A DNA stretch of 64,000 nucleotides from Antedon mediterranea (GCF_964355755.1 NC_092676.1:19672871-19736870); one strand, 5' to 3'. Positions 40,801 to 55,000 are shown, counted from the stretch's first letter. The notes: generated by a model not told the origin, from the sequence alone. Numbers and translations: made by a program.

Positions 40801-43800
40801 ATAAATCTGCAAAGATAAGACCAATAAATGGATGGAAATGTACTATTATTTTTATTCAATCCTACCTCTAGGCCCTATAGTATTATATTTTATGACTTGG
40901 TAACAAACAGAAAGAGGTTATTATTTAATTACACTACAGTTACTAACTAAACTATAATAATCCTCTCGGCCTCACCTCCTCTGCTCTACTTTAATTATTA
41001 GTATTATTATATTACTATATTAGTCAATAACAAAAGTCAGAGCCAAAAACAAGTTCAACACAAGCTTACCTTTTTTATTTACGTCGCCTTTTACATACGT
41101 CTACGCCCGCGCCTTGTCCACTTCCTGGAGGTTCGTCGGTGGACCGGCGACTGCTACTCTCTTGTACTGTAGGCCATGGAGTAACTCCATGTGTAGGCCT
41201 AGCCTACTACTAGCGAATTTAGAAGAAACTATAGTCTACTAGACCTAGCCTAATTTGTAGTCTGCGTGAGTGGTTTAGTGTGAGAAGTACAAATACACAC
41301 TTTCTTCTTTTCACGTACAATCTTTGCAGACATAACTTTTTATTGATTTGTGAAATATCGATATTTTCTACGACTGCAGCAACAGGGAGCTTGCAACACG
41401 CGAGTCTCGTGTAGCATGGGTTTGTTTATTTTTGTTTTGACACAGTCCGCGAACGAGACAAGGCGGTGATTGGACTGTATTAAAATTCATTAAAGGAATA
41501 CTGAATTAGTTAATTTTCGACATACTATGTATTAATTATATATCAAAGAGTTAAATAAAGTCATAAAAAATATTAATATATTTACACATTCTGAATTATA
41601 AGCCAATTAATGTTGTCGCCAATGGAGTTCCACCATTTTTAAATATTACCCAGAAGCCGCGGGAGCTGGTGGGACGGAAGTACCTTCATCCGGGTATTTT
41701 TAATTGTGTAGCACTGTGTGCACATGTGTTTCGTATGCGTTTAGCTGTAATATCGAAAACAACAACGATTTGTTTATCCTAATTAAATTGATTTTTTCGA
41801 GTAGTATAGATTCTTTCTCTATTTCATTTGTGTTTGTAATTATCTTGGAAGTTATTGGTGATTTATCAAAACAAAAAAAATAGTACAAAATGGTGTTTTG
41901 TATGGCGTTTGGATGCAGCAATGCATCGGATAAGAAAGGCAGGAAGTCCAAAGGAATACGCAATGTTAGTTTCCATCGATTGCCGTTAAACAATAAGGAT
42001 TTGCTAAAGAACTGGGTTGCAGCCATGAAGTTGGAAAAACCGCACATTAATATTTATTCCAGAGTATGTAGTGACCATTTTGAAAAAGAAATGTTTGAGG
42101 ATGACTCCGTAAAAAGTCAGTATTGTTGGTGCGAAGTCTAGGCCTACCAGGCGGTTGAAGCCAAATGCTGTACCTAAACAGTTTGTTTTCAGTAAAGCGG
42201 TTAGCCAAGCAAGCCAACAAAGACAGGAACGACAAAAACTACTGACACAAAAGCGATGGCCCAAGACCAAAAACAAGGTACGTAACATACCAAATTCTGC
42301 TTTTTGATGTTCGGCCATACATTGAGTGAGAGGCTCCTAGGCTAGCTAGACTAGGATAGTAGAGGCTAGGCCTAGTTAGTACTGTAATACTAAAATAGTA
42401 GGCTACTACTACTACTCTAGCTAGTAGGCCAAGGAAAGTAGGTTACCGAGGTGAACGGCCAAACACAAGACTAGGCCTAGGGCCTAGGCAAAAAAAGTGT
42501 AGGCCTACACATTTATCTCAATTTAAATTTGTTATATAAATCTTTAGTTTATTTATATAGCCTAGTACTTATTTTATTTTTAAGACCATCAACTTGGAGA
42601 ACTTAGTGGAAAGTGAGAATGCAGAATTAATGAGTGGATCTACAGTTGACACAGCATTTGATGAGCAGATGGAAATTCCTGTTGAGGTGTGCAACTGTAG
42701 ACATGGAACTAAAATCAGCAAATCAACACAGGTTTGTGGTACTTAAAATAAATAATCTTTATTCTATATCTTTATTGGCCTAATGTGATAACAGTTTGGG
42801 GAAACTCTAGTTGAACTAGTTATGCCAACCCCTTCTTTTACTGTAGACGGACACTCTGGCAGACCAACTGAAAATCCAACATGACCATTCATATGCGCGA
42901 AAATAATAAGGACGGACACCACAAAATCTAAGACTACAACCTCCAAATGCAAATTAGTGCCAACCAAGAAGTAAGAGGAAGATGTAAATGTCGTGGGAGT
43001 GACTACAGATAGACATGTCCAAATTGCAAGTGACATGAATAAGAACTACCCCGAATTAAAACATGAGTTTGACATTTTTCATGTTGTTAAAAGCGTCACC
43101 AAGAAGCTTAGAGAAAAATCGAAGAAAGAAGGTTGCGAAGACCTTAGATTTTGGATACCGTCCATAAAAAATCATCTGTGGTGGTGCTGTGCTTCCTGCA
43201 ATGGCGATTATGCTGTAAGTTATATTAAAGCTGTTTTTTTATTACGATTTGTTTGTATATACTGTATTGAAGTACAGTATGTGTTGTACATTCTTATTGA
43301 TTATTATGTTAACATTCATTTATGTTAATAGTTTTCATTTAATAGTTTATACTATATTTCACTTTTAGGACCTTAAGGACAAGTGGCTTTCTTTACTACA
43401 GCACGTCTGCAACATCCATGAATGGGCTAGTGCAGATAAATTCCACAAGTGCAGTCACAACCCACTATTGGAGGACATGCATGAAATTGAATGGCTGACA
43501 CCAGGTAGCGATGCTCATGATGCACTTCGGGGTGTTGTTATGAACACTAAATTACTAAAAGATATGCACAAGATGACACTTTTTAAACACACAGGTATGT
43601 ATGTAAAAAGATATATGAAATGTACTATTTTTGCTGTGGGATCATTCGAATAAATTAAAGGCAAAAGAAGCCCTGTTATACTAACTACATTCTTTAACAT
43701 ACAATAATAAACACTATAATATAACAATTTTTATAATAAAATTAATCTTCTTACAGGATCGCTACAGGTTTTTCATGGGATGTTGTTAAAATATTGTCCA

Positions 43801-46800
43801 AAGAGGGAACGCTTCAGCTATGAAGGCATGAGAGCCCGTCATCAATTGGCAATTATGGACCACAATGAGAATGTTGGTAGACAGCAAGCAACTACTGAGG
43901 AAGGTAAGTAGTTTTATAAGAGCTTCTTTAATTTGTTGATTAGTAATCTATAAAGACATATTTACAATGAGGAATAATTATGTGCATTTCCTAACAGGCA
44001 CTCTTCGATTTGGACTGGCATTTCCCAAACGCAAGAAGCAGTGGGTATTGAAGAAAATTTATGTAGACAAAACCTTCGAATTTAGAAAGAGACTGATGGA
44101 AATGGTGTGTGACCGACGTGAAGATAGCGCTATAGTTCTAGGTCAACGTTATGTAGACAGACCAGATCTTCCAACAAACATTGCTTCTTCTGAGAAACCA
44201 GAGAAAGAAGATGCGATTGAAGATTTTAGAACTAGGTTTCTGCTTTCATAGTGTGTTTACATTAAAACCAACAAAGCTAATTTATGCTTATTTTGTTTTG
44301 TAAAAAAATCTTTTTAAACTGCTAAAGATGAAACCTTACATATTATATTATTATAAATACTATTTCTTAAATATTTTCTTGATGCAATTATTAGTGTATA
44401 GTTTTTGGTTGAATTAATAAAAAAAAGGCATTAAAGGAAATACTCTGAAAATAGTGAATAAACTAATTTTACCGATGCAAAAATGTTTATTATAATAATT
44501 ATTGTGTTGTTGTGCAATTGCTGTAAGATGACGCTCAGTAACTTTCTGCAAAATACGTCTAATTATATTTCACACATTTGGCCGGCCAGATAATGACTAC
44601 ATATTGATTGGATTTGATTCTTCCCTGTTTTGGAACAGCTTTTAATACAATGCTTGCATACAAATAATAAACAGAAAACACTTGTTACTGTTTGTTGCTT
44701 TTAATTTTTATTTACAAAAAAATGTTATTATTTGATGCATTCGATATTTAAATGTTATGATTTAACATCTTGATACCATTTATGATTTATTCGACTTCTT
44801 TAAATCCAACATAATTTCCATCAATGCTAGGAAAGTCCTTTCTGATTTTGTTTACGACGCAGGCTGGGATGACTCGTCGTACGGCTTTACCGAGGCGGTC
44901 ATGCACCCAGCAGTACAGTAGGTGAACTGCCTGTACGCCTGAAGGCGAAATGTTTCGTTCGGGATCGGGTCAACGATGCTGTCTCGCCTAATGTCTGTCC
45001 GGGCAACAAGTGCAGTTCTAATTACTGCAGGATGTAAACATACAAATTCGAATTCAAAATGGTCTAAAATGCATGCCATTTCGTTTTCTGATCCTATGTT
45101 CATCTTCGCTCGTACATTTTCAATTTCCCGACAACAAAGGCATTCCACAGAGTGTCTATCAACTCACACCCGGGCTCACACCGTCTGCATTGGCACCATT
45201 CCTCCTTGTTTACTTTCCTCCATTCTATATCTTCTCCTTCATGTGCGACAATATTATCTAAACCTTCTATTTCCTCCACATCTCTTCTTCTTCTTCTTCT
45301 GGGTTCTAATTGGTAAGGTTGTAATCCGTGATTCATCTTAATTTAGCTCTGTGTATATATAGGCATCCACGCTCTACGGGCAGTCTCACAGTTGGATGAT
45401 TTTCTCTGTCAAACCAATGACGTCACAACCTCGTTTTCGTGTTAAACATGGCGGCTCATAGAGAATCCGCGGTTTTTTTGAAAAATCTACACTTCAAAAT
45501 CGATTTTACTCTAAACAACAATAAATTTCAAACAAATTTTACCGCACTTCGTTTTATATGAATTATATCTACAATGCTACACATTTTAAAAGAAATAATA
45601 CTGCATTCCTTTAACCAATCACAAAACGACTGCTGCCGTGGCTACAACCCCGGGTGTTTCAAACTCTAAATTTGACGATCTCGTACGTGCGTATAGAACG
45701 TTCATAAAAATTAAGATGGCGTACCAGTTGGTCGGCCATTTTGCGGACGTTTTATACCAAAATTTAATTTGTTTATTTCTTAATTTCTACTAGGTATTTG
45801 AATCTAATTTTTTGTGTGCTGTTTATTAACATTAAAAGGATTCATACAAAGTCCTTTTTGTGAAATTTTAAAATCCTTTCATATCCATTTTAAGCGCTCA
45901 TAAACTGAGCGACTTACTTGGCAAAAAAAACGCGCTATTTTTAACTCGGGCCATATTAAAGATAAGCTTTTGTGACGTCACCAATATATAAATTTGGTTA
46001 GACATCTACATTATATGATCGTGAGATCGAATCCAAAGATCGTCACATTGCTTGTGTGGCAAAACAGTTTGCTTACGTTTGCCTCTTTCCACTCAGGTGT
46101 ACAAATATTTTCGCTTAGATATTACTAAATCTGACTTAGGCAAATTCAAGGATTTAAGGCAAAGTTAAGACGATTTATTTGCTAAGCAAGTTTGATAAAT
46201 CCGGCCCATGGTATATTGTCGAATGTTTGTTTGTTTGTTTTGTTTGTTTTTTATTCGGTACTCAAGAAATACAACAAAAATACCAGGATGACCCATAAAG
46301 CTGAAACAGCTTAATTCCAATGGGGTCCTTTAAACAAGCAAGTTAGATAATAAAGTGTACATAAACGTATACGAAACACAACTGCAACATAATGGTTTGG
46401 TTTCTAGACGCGTTTGATACAAAACATGACCGGGGTAACAATGTGAAGACTTATACTTTATGCATTTAACATTATATCAGATCGACGTATTATTATTATC
46501 TATACAGATCTAGGACAATAACTTAACAATTTTGAACGTCATCGTGCAAAGTATACACTACAAGAAAACCAAATGTTTTGAACGCATTTGCCAAGTTTTG
46601 TTTAAATATATTATATAAACCATTCAAGTTAGGAGGATGAAACCATAAAATATGATTTTACACACATTTGCCTAGCTATACATAGACGGCCAAAATAAAG
46701 CAGTAAAATTACCGTCTCCGTTCTCCATCCACAGTCGTACTGATGGTGTATTTATGTTTTGTTGACTGCGTATAGTTAAGGGGATCCACCAAACGTAACT

Positions 46801-49800
46801 AAATTTGAAAGAAAAATAGTTATTAGATATTCCTGTATTTATGCTTAAAAGTGTTAAAAATATAAAATAAACGTCATCCATATGATGATTAAAATATTGG
46901 TACATTTCCGTTTGTAGGATTTTCGCAAATTAAAACTATGACATACAGGGACGTAGGCCTACCCAGCATAAATTAAACACAGTATAGAATAGTCATTGGT
47001 GCTCCAACAGCCTCCCCAGAAGCATGTCTAAATGAAATTGTTCATACAAAACAACAACTATTACTTTACCCTAAATCGTCATATTTTGTAGTGAAATTAG
47101 CGTCTGGGTTTATAAGAAAGTGATGTTGGGTAGCAGTGAAGCCAGCCTCAGGGCCGCCATATCGTCGAGTGAAGTTGACGGTGGGTAAGCCCATTTGTAA
47201 GGTCCACGTGTGCATGATGGTTTTGACGTCCATGTCTAAGTTGTCTTCTTTCACTACCTATAATTAATTGATATTTTATATCATATTATTATGCAATTAA
47301 AACATTTACGGGACTGCGACGATCAGGCCCAGTTTCGTCTTCTGCGTTGGCCGTTCTTATGCATTTTAGCACGATTGTCTCTCAATTTCAAGAAATCGGC
47401 TGCAAGATTTTAATTCAGAAAGTTAGGTTTTTTTAGTTTCAGTCAGGTTGGTTATTGAGAGAGTTAGGTTTAGCAATGGTCTTTAAATGGACCCGTGTTT
47501 GTCCGTGGCAACCATTTAAACATAATTATTCATTGATGTTATATAAAAGGGTTAGCCCTTCCTACACTATCAAACTTTATGTGGCAACAAAAATATGATG
47601 TGCCCATATATGGACATGATGATGTCATATCACTACCATATTTGGGCATATCACTACCATATATAGCCACATCACATCAAGTTTAATACTGTGGACAGAG
47701 TTTAACGTGTGCGTGCCAACCTCATTAAAACAGTCCCAGAGTTGGTCGTTATTAGCATTGCTGTATTTGTAGCGTTGCAAATATATTCGAAGTCCTCTGA
47801 CAAACAAATCGTCTCCAAGAAAATCTCGACACATTCGAAAAATAGACGCACCCTGTAAAAATATGTATAGATCATATAAATTATGGCATTTAACTATTGT
47901 GCACTATTGGAGTAGAATTATAGCTTGTGGTTGAGATGCCTGGCTACCGTGTCAGGGTTCAAATCCTGTCAGATGACCGGATTATTCTAATGACCAAAAA
48001 CAATTCCCCTTCCAAATACTTTGTATGTAGAGAATATTGTGTTTATTGTGAACAGGATTGCCACCTTTTATTTTAATTTCTTAAGGTTACCGTATCATTG
48101 CCAATTTGTCTAAATACATAACAACAGAACTATTAAGTAGCATTGATGCAATAGCATAATATGATATACTCATTGGTCCATTTGCCACAATGTTGTGATG
48201 GCATTAGTTACTATTCGCTATGCATGATTAGTTTCTAGAATGACGTAGGCCTAATGCATAACGGTATTGTAAAGTACGAATGAATTTTACTTCATGGGAA
48301 CGGCATAGTATAAGTTGGAGAACCCTGGCATCATAAGAATACATCGACCGCCATACTTCTCTCTAAGTATAGTAAAACGGACACTTTACTCCAAAATGTA
48401 AACAACAAGTCCATACCTTGTTGTATGCTATGATATCAAACTGCTGACTAATTTCTTCAAACGTTTGCACACGAGCCAGTACCGGTCTTGAGGAGCTTAA
48501 CGAATCCGAATCAAATACCGAATGTAATTCACGAGGCAAGAACTGCTGATCCTGAAGAAAACGAATATTATATTTGTTTTTTATATGCTATATTTTCACG
48601 TATATTTTTTTCATATTTAGTCATAGAACCAGTTTATCATTTATTATATAATAGTAATCAGTTATGTCAACAAATAAAAGGGTTTGCTATTTTTCCTAAA
48701 TGTCTACTAGGCCTATAGTACAGGGATTTTTTCGGGAAATAGTAAAATCTCGACTTTTTAAAATATGTTGAGATAACATGCGCAGAACACATTATGTGAT
48801 TATGCGCATGTCAATTATGATAATAATAGTAACCAATTAAGTCAACAAACAAGAGTCAAATTTTGCTTCTTTCGAAAAATTCCCTGTACAGTTCTATTAG
48901 TATTAGTATAGGGATTTTTATCGGAAAATGTGATTTTGCGCATGTCCATTTTTAATATAATATTGCCATATATGCGCATATATTGTGTTATTACTATCTT
49001 ACAGAGCTATATAGTGTAATCAGTTATGTAAAAATGTAACATTTTTCGAAAATTAAGTACTATATTGCACGGGGTTTTTATCGAAAAATGCCCAAAATAT
49101 TTACTTTTTAAAATTCAATAATTATGTGATAATATTGCCATAGGCCTATATGCGCATATATTGTGTTATTATCATATTATAGAGCCATAGTAACTAGTTA
49201 TGTCAACAAATAAAATGGTCGAAAATTGGCCATTTTTTCATCTACTGTACTAGTACAGGGATTTTTTTCGAAAAATTGTCAAAATATCCACCTTCAAAAA
49301 TTCAATAATTATGCGATAATATTGCCATACGCATATATTGTGTTATTATCATCTTATAGCGCTATAATAACTAGTTATTTTTTTTTTCTCTTTTGTGGCG
49401 TTAACCACTATTTATTCATTTCATTTCATCAACAGATTAATACAATTATTTCTAATAATAATAACTATTCATTGTTATTCTTACTTTTGTTTGGTTTATA
49501 TATATATATTTTATTTATTTTTTGATTTTATCAACGTTACTGTTCTTGGAATCAGAACATTAATATTTCTTTTCTGTTATCCACCTTTTTTCATAATTTT
49601 CTAGTATTTTTTTTTTGATCTATAATTCTCAACATCTAAAATTGTGAACACTTAACTAATAAATGTACTGTAGAAGATACATTTACTAATGTTGTATAGT
49701 TATTTTCGGTAGTATTTTTTGACATATAATTCATTTATACCCTATATACAGATTATATACGTTATTTTAAAATACGAATATAAAAAAAAACAAAAACAAA

Positions 49801-52025
49801 AATATTAAAAATGCTTTTCTTACTCCTGTGTCTAGATTTATGTCTCATGGTTATATTTGTTTGCTTATCTTCTCGTGCGTTACTTATGTTGCGTTACGTT
49901 TCTTTTTTGTTTTCAATATTAATTTATACAATTTTTTTTTTTTAAATTGATATTCCATATAAGATAAAATGAAACTGCCTATGTGTATTACAACATTATT
50001 ATGTAATATATTTTAAATAATCAGATTCACATCAATATAAATTATAATAGGTGGTTAAGGTAAGATCTTTTGTTTTTTTCCGCCATAAAAAGACGAGACA
50101 ATGATCCGGTCCATTTGTTTACATTTTTCAAATTATGTGCCTTGTAAACGCAGAAGCATCCAATAGAGAACATGTGGTCTACATATTTGTTTCCTGTACC
50201 TAGTACAATGTTTCGATAATTTGCCTCGATCCCAAATTTGTGCATGGTGTAAACGTTAATATATTCCCATAAGGGTTTTACTTCAGTGCATTCATAAAAG
50301 AAATGGGCATCATCCTCTATACTACGTTGCATTGTAGGCAAGTAGGCCTATCTGTGTTGCTTATTTTCCATTTTAACAGCCTTCTTTTGGTAGGTGTTAT
50401 ACAATGCAATAGTTTGATGTTCAACTGTTTAAGTTTATTATCTTTAATATATATAATAACTAGTTATGGCAAAAAATAAAAGGGTCGAAAATTGGCATTT
50501 TTTTGAAATTTTCCATGTACTAGGCCTATAGTTCAGGGATTTATTTTCGAAAAATGGCCAAAATATCCACTTTTTAAAATTCAATAATTATGCGCTAATA
50601 CTGCCATATATGCGCATATATTGTGTTATTATCATCTTATAGAGCTATAGTAACCAGTTAGGCCTATGTCAAAAAAATATAAGGGTCGAAAATTGGCTAT
50701 TTTTCGAAATTTTCCATGTAGGCCCTAAAGGGATATTTTTTTTAATTGTCAAAATATCCACTTTTTAAAATTAAAAAATTATGCGATAATATTGTCATAT
50801 ATGCGAATGTATTGTGTTATTATGATCCATAGTAACTAGTCATATGACATCCTAAAGATGATAGCGCAAAAAAAATAACAACAATAGTGCTTAGGGAATA
50901 ATTGAATGTTAACATTCCATATTTTGGGTGATTTCGTCTAAAATTAGTCAAAAAATCGATAATAACATTGTGCACAAATAGCAATATTAGGGAAGTTTAT
51001 GTTCAATATAACATACCATTCGCCATGTTGGTTCTACGTATTCGCTTCCAATGTATTCCATAAACGAAGCAAATCCCTCCTTTAGCAAAATATAATCCCA
51101 CCACGCATGCGTCACAAGATTTCCAAACCACTGAAAAGGTATAGTAAACACTCAGTCAGAATTTAATCATACAAACCTAAACCCCTGAGAGTTAGTAGCT
51201 CTCAACATCATGACAACATAAATTTATAAAATGCCTCCCAATTCAAACTGCAACTGTATCATTAACAAGCGAGCGTTTTAATCATTAGACCAAAGAAGCT
51301 TCATGTACTTGTTCTTCAAATACATTGCATAACACAATGAATTCATCCTTGAAGACTATTTTTTATAGAAGTAAACCAACATATTACCTGATGTCCAAGC
51401 TCGTGAGCAATTACTGCACAAACACCTTGTTTAGTCCCTGCTGACGTCACGTTTTCGTCTACAAGAAGTCCTGTCTCTCGGTAGGTAATAATACCCCAGT
51501 TTTCCATTGCACCAGCAGAAAAATCAGGAATCGCCAACATATCTACAAAAAGTATTGCAATACTGTTGTCAGTGCCAGGTATCTTTCTAAACCCATTGTA
51601 CTATTCCTAGGTACATTTTAAGGGAAATAATGCATCTTATCTAAATCATTTATTAAACATTTTCCTTGCCGATTTTGGGAAGCGGAAAATCTATATCAAG
51701 ATACGTTTGAAAGTATTCAAGTATTCGAACTCCGATGTCAAGCGCGTAATCCACAGAATATATGATATCAGGACGACTCCAAACTCGCATCTAAAAAAAT
51801 AAAAAATAGAAAGTTTGCATTTGTTTTAGCTACTGTTCTATGTATGTCTGTGCCTACATTCTTTGTAATTAAGCAGCTGAGTCAACTTTTTGTGAAAATA
51901 ACCCATGCAAGAACCATAAAATATTGACCTAAATGTTGGGTTAAAATCAAAATTGTAAGGCATTTGATCTGATGAACAGGAAAACTGCCCAAAAATACCG
52001 TGACTATTCTCATCATCAGAACTGA

Positions 52026-52059
<34 letters not shown>

Positions 52060-55000
52060 TACTTATATACCAATAACACAGTTGTATTTAAATGAGGTAA
52101 TAATTAGCATGATAAAGAACGCCTGTTCATCAAATGCCTTACAATTTTTAACCCGAAAGTATGGCGGTATCAAACATGATTTATCGGACCTAACTGAATC
52201 CTACAATATTATGCCAGTATAATAAATAGGTCAAGAAATAATGAACATACACGTATGTTGTTTTCAGTGATCGCTTCCTTGTAAATAAAGTCACATACAC
52301 AATATCCAACAAGGTAAGTAGAGATAGGAAGAGAAGTCTTGAAGCGAGTAGTCTTCCATCCATTCTCAGTAAGTTCCGATGACAAAACGGGCATATTGGA
52401 AAGTGCTGTGTATTCTGACCGATGGATGACAGTGATTGCAAAGGTTGCTTTCAGACCTGGGTCGTCAAAACATGGAAATGCTCGACGGGCATTGGTAGGA
52501 GAGAAAAATGTAACCGCTAACCATCTAGTTGAAAGATTTAAAACAAATAAATGTGTATATAAGTAATATAATAGAATTTTCACAGAAAGTTTTTTTATAC
52601 CCACAATATTACACAGACTACTGTGTAGGCATGCCTACCTTTTATCGCCAGTTGACGTCGTGTAAGAACTTCTGTAAAACCCATTCAGGTCATCCGTCAA
52701 AGGTCCGGTAAATTCTACTGAGAAATAATACTCTTCGTTCAACTTTAGTTTTCCTTCCAATAACACCAACATGTATTGCTCTTCTGGATACATGGCAACA
52801 TCAAGAACATCCATTGTCTGTCCGCCTAATCCACTCAACTTTACAGAAGAATGGTCGATGTTTAAAAGTTTAGAATTTATTAGGATAACATCTGTGCTTT
52901 TGTCACAGACTATAGTAATTTTGACTTTTCCATTGAAAGTGAAATTTGTGAGATCTGTTTTAATTTCTAATTCATAGTGTACTGGTCGAAGTGAGTTTGG
53001 CAGGCGTGGATTTTTCCATGGTTCATTGTCAGGCAAAACCGTTGTTTTTGGAAGATCACTGCTATAAAGAAATAAAGCCATGTATTTGTAGAATTAATGA
53101 ATGAAATTATATGTATCTATCTATTTGTAGCGCTTAACCAAAATACATTTTCTCGAAAATCTTGACTTTTTAAAATATGTTGAGATAACATGTGCAGAAC
53201 AGATTATGTGATTATGCGCATGTCAATTATGATATAGTAACCAGTTATGTCAACAAATAAGAGTCAAATTTTGCTTCTTTCGAAAAATTCCCTGTTCTGT
53301 TTTTTATCGGAAAATGTGATTCTGCGCATGTCCATTTTTAATATAATATTGCCATATATGCGCATATATTGTGTAGCTATATATTTTATTTTTTATTTAT
53401 TCAATTTCTGCCATATACATAACAAAGAAGACAAAACAATTATAAACGGAGGCACGGAAAGACCAAACAGGTTATGTAAAAAAATAAAATGGTCGAAAAT
53501 TTTTCGATAAAACTGGTTACTATAGCACAATTAACATGCGCAGAACCCATTATTCGTCTCTGCGTATATTTATTATGCTATAGTAACCATTTATGTCAAC
53601 AAATAAAAGGGTCGAAAATTGGCCATTTCGCGAAAATCTCTATGTACTATAGTACAGGGATTTTTTCCAAAAAATCGCAAATATTTGACCTTTTTATTTT
53701 TCGATAAAACTGGTTACTATAGCACAATTAACATGGGCAGAACCCATTAGTCGACTCTGCGCATGTTTATTATGCTATAGTAACCATTTTTTGGGAAAAA
53801 ATTCCTGTACTATAGTGCTATTATGCAATAGTAACCATTTATGTCGAAAATTTACGCAGAGACGAATAATGGCTTCTGCGCATGTCAATTGGGCTATGGT
53901 AACCAGTTTTGACATAAATGGTTACTATAGTATAATAAACATGCGCAGAGGCGAATAATGGGTTCTGCGCATGTCAATTGTGCTATAGTAACCAGTTTTA
54001 TCGAAAAATAAAAAGGTCGAAAATTTGCCATTTTTTGAAAAATCCCTGGGTTTTTTCAAAAAATTGCCGATTTTCGACCCTTTTTTTTTTTTACATAAAT
54101 GGTTACTATTGCATAATAAACATACGCATAGTCGAATAATGTGTTCTGCGCATGTCAATTGTGCTATAGTAACCACTTTCGACATAAATGGTTACTATTG
54201 CATAATAAACATGCGCACAGTTGACTAATGGGTTCTGCGCATGTTAATTGTGCTATAGTAACCAGTTTTATTTGACATGCGCAGAACCCAGTTTTAAAAT
54301 TTGTTGACATAAATGGTTACTATTGCATAATAAACATGCGCAGAGGCGAATAATGGGTTCTGCGCATGTCAATTGTGCTATAGTAACCAGTTTTATCGAA
54401 AAATAAAAAGGTCGAAAATTTGCCATTTTTTTTTTAAATCCCTGTACTATAGTACAGGAAATTTGCGAAAAATGGCCGATTTTCGACCCTTTTATTTTTT
54501 GACATAAATGGTTACTATTGCATAATAAACATACGCAGAGACGAATAATGGGTTCTGCGCATGTCAATTGTGCTATAGTAACCACTTTTGACATAAATGG
54601 TTACTATTGCATAATAAACATGCGCAGAGGCGAATAATGGGTTCTGCGCATGTCAATTGTGCTATAGTAACCAGTTTTATCGAAAAATAAAAAGGTCGAA
54701 AATTTGCCATTTTTTGAAAAATCCCTGTACTATAGTACATGGAAATTTTCGAAAAATTGCCGATTTTCGACCCTTTTTATTAAATGGTTACTATTGCATA
54801 ATAAACATGCGCAGATACGAAAAATGGGCTCTGCACATGTTAATTGTGCTATAGTAACCAGTTTTATCGAAAAATAAAAAGGTCGAAAATTGGAAATTTT
54901 TTTAAAAATCCCTGTACTATAGTACAGGAAATTTGCGAAAATTTCCTTGTACGTGTATAGTACAGGGATTTTTTTTCCAAAAAATGACCTTTTTATTTAC

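Larger units (their letters stand above)
41494..45610 (+). mobile_element. Inner Kolobok DNA transposon (THAP-transposase plus convergent KolX)
   Basis: TTAA TSD at 41490-41493 and 45611-45614; TIR aggaatactgaatta vs aggaatgcagtatta; two tail-to-tail genes. Confidence 0.88.
38861..45889. mobile_element. Outer non-autonomous Kolobok-type element (TTAA TSD) carrying a nested insertion
   Basis: TTAA|aatggatatgaaagg ... cctttcatatccatt|TTAA: 15-bp perfect TIR with RR..YY termini. Confidence 0.8.

Noticed and set aside
41890-42277. Domesticated THAP transcription factor or P-element
   Set aside because: Frameshift within the THAP domain; linked to Kolobok-type transposase motifs and a TTAA TSD.
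44787-45336. Host P2X7 purinoceptor gene
   Set aside because: No channel or ectodomain exons; lies inside Kolobok TIRs and is frameshifted.
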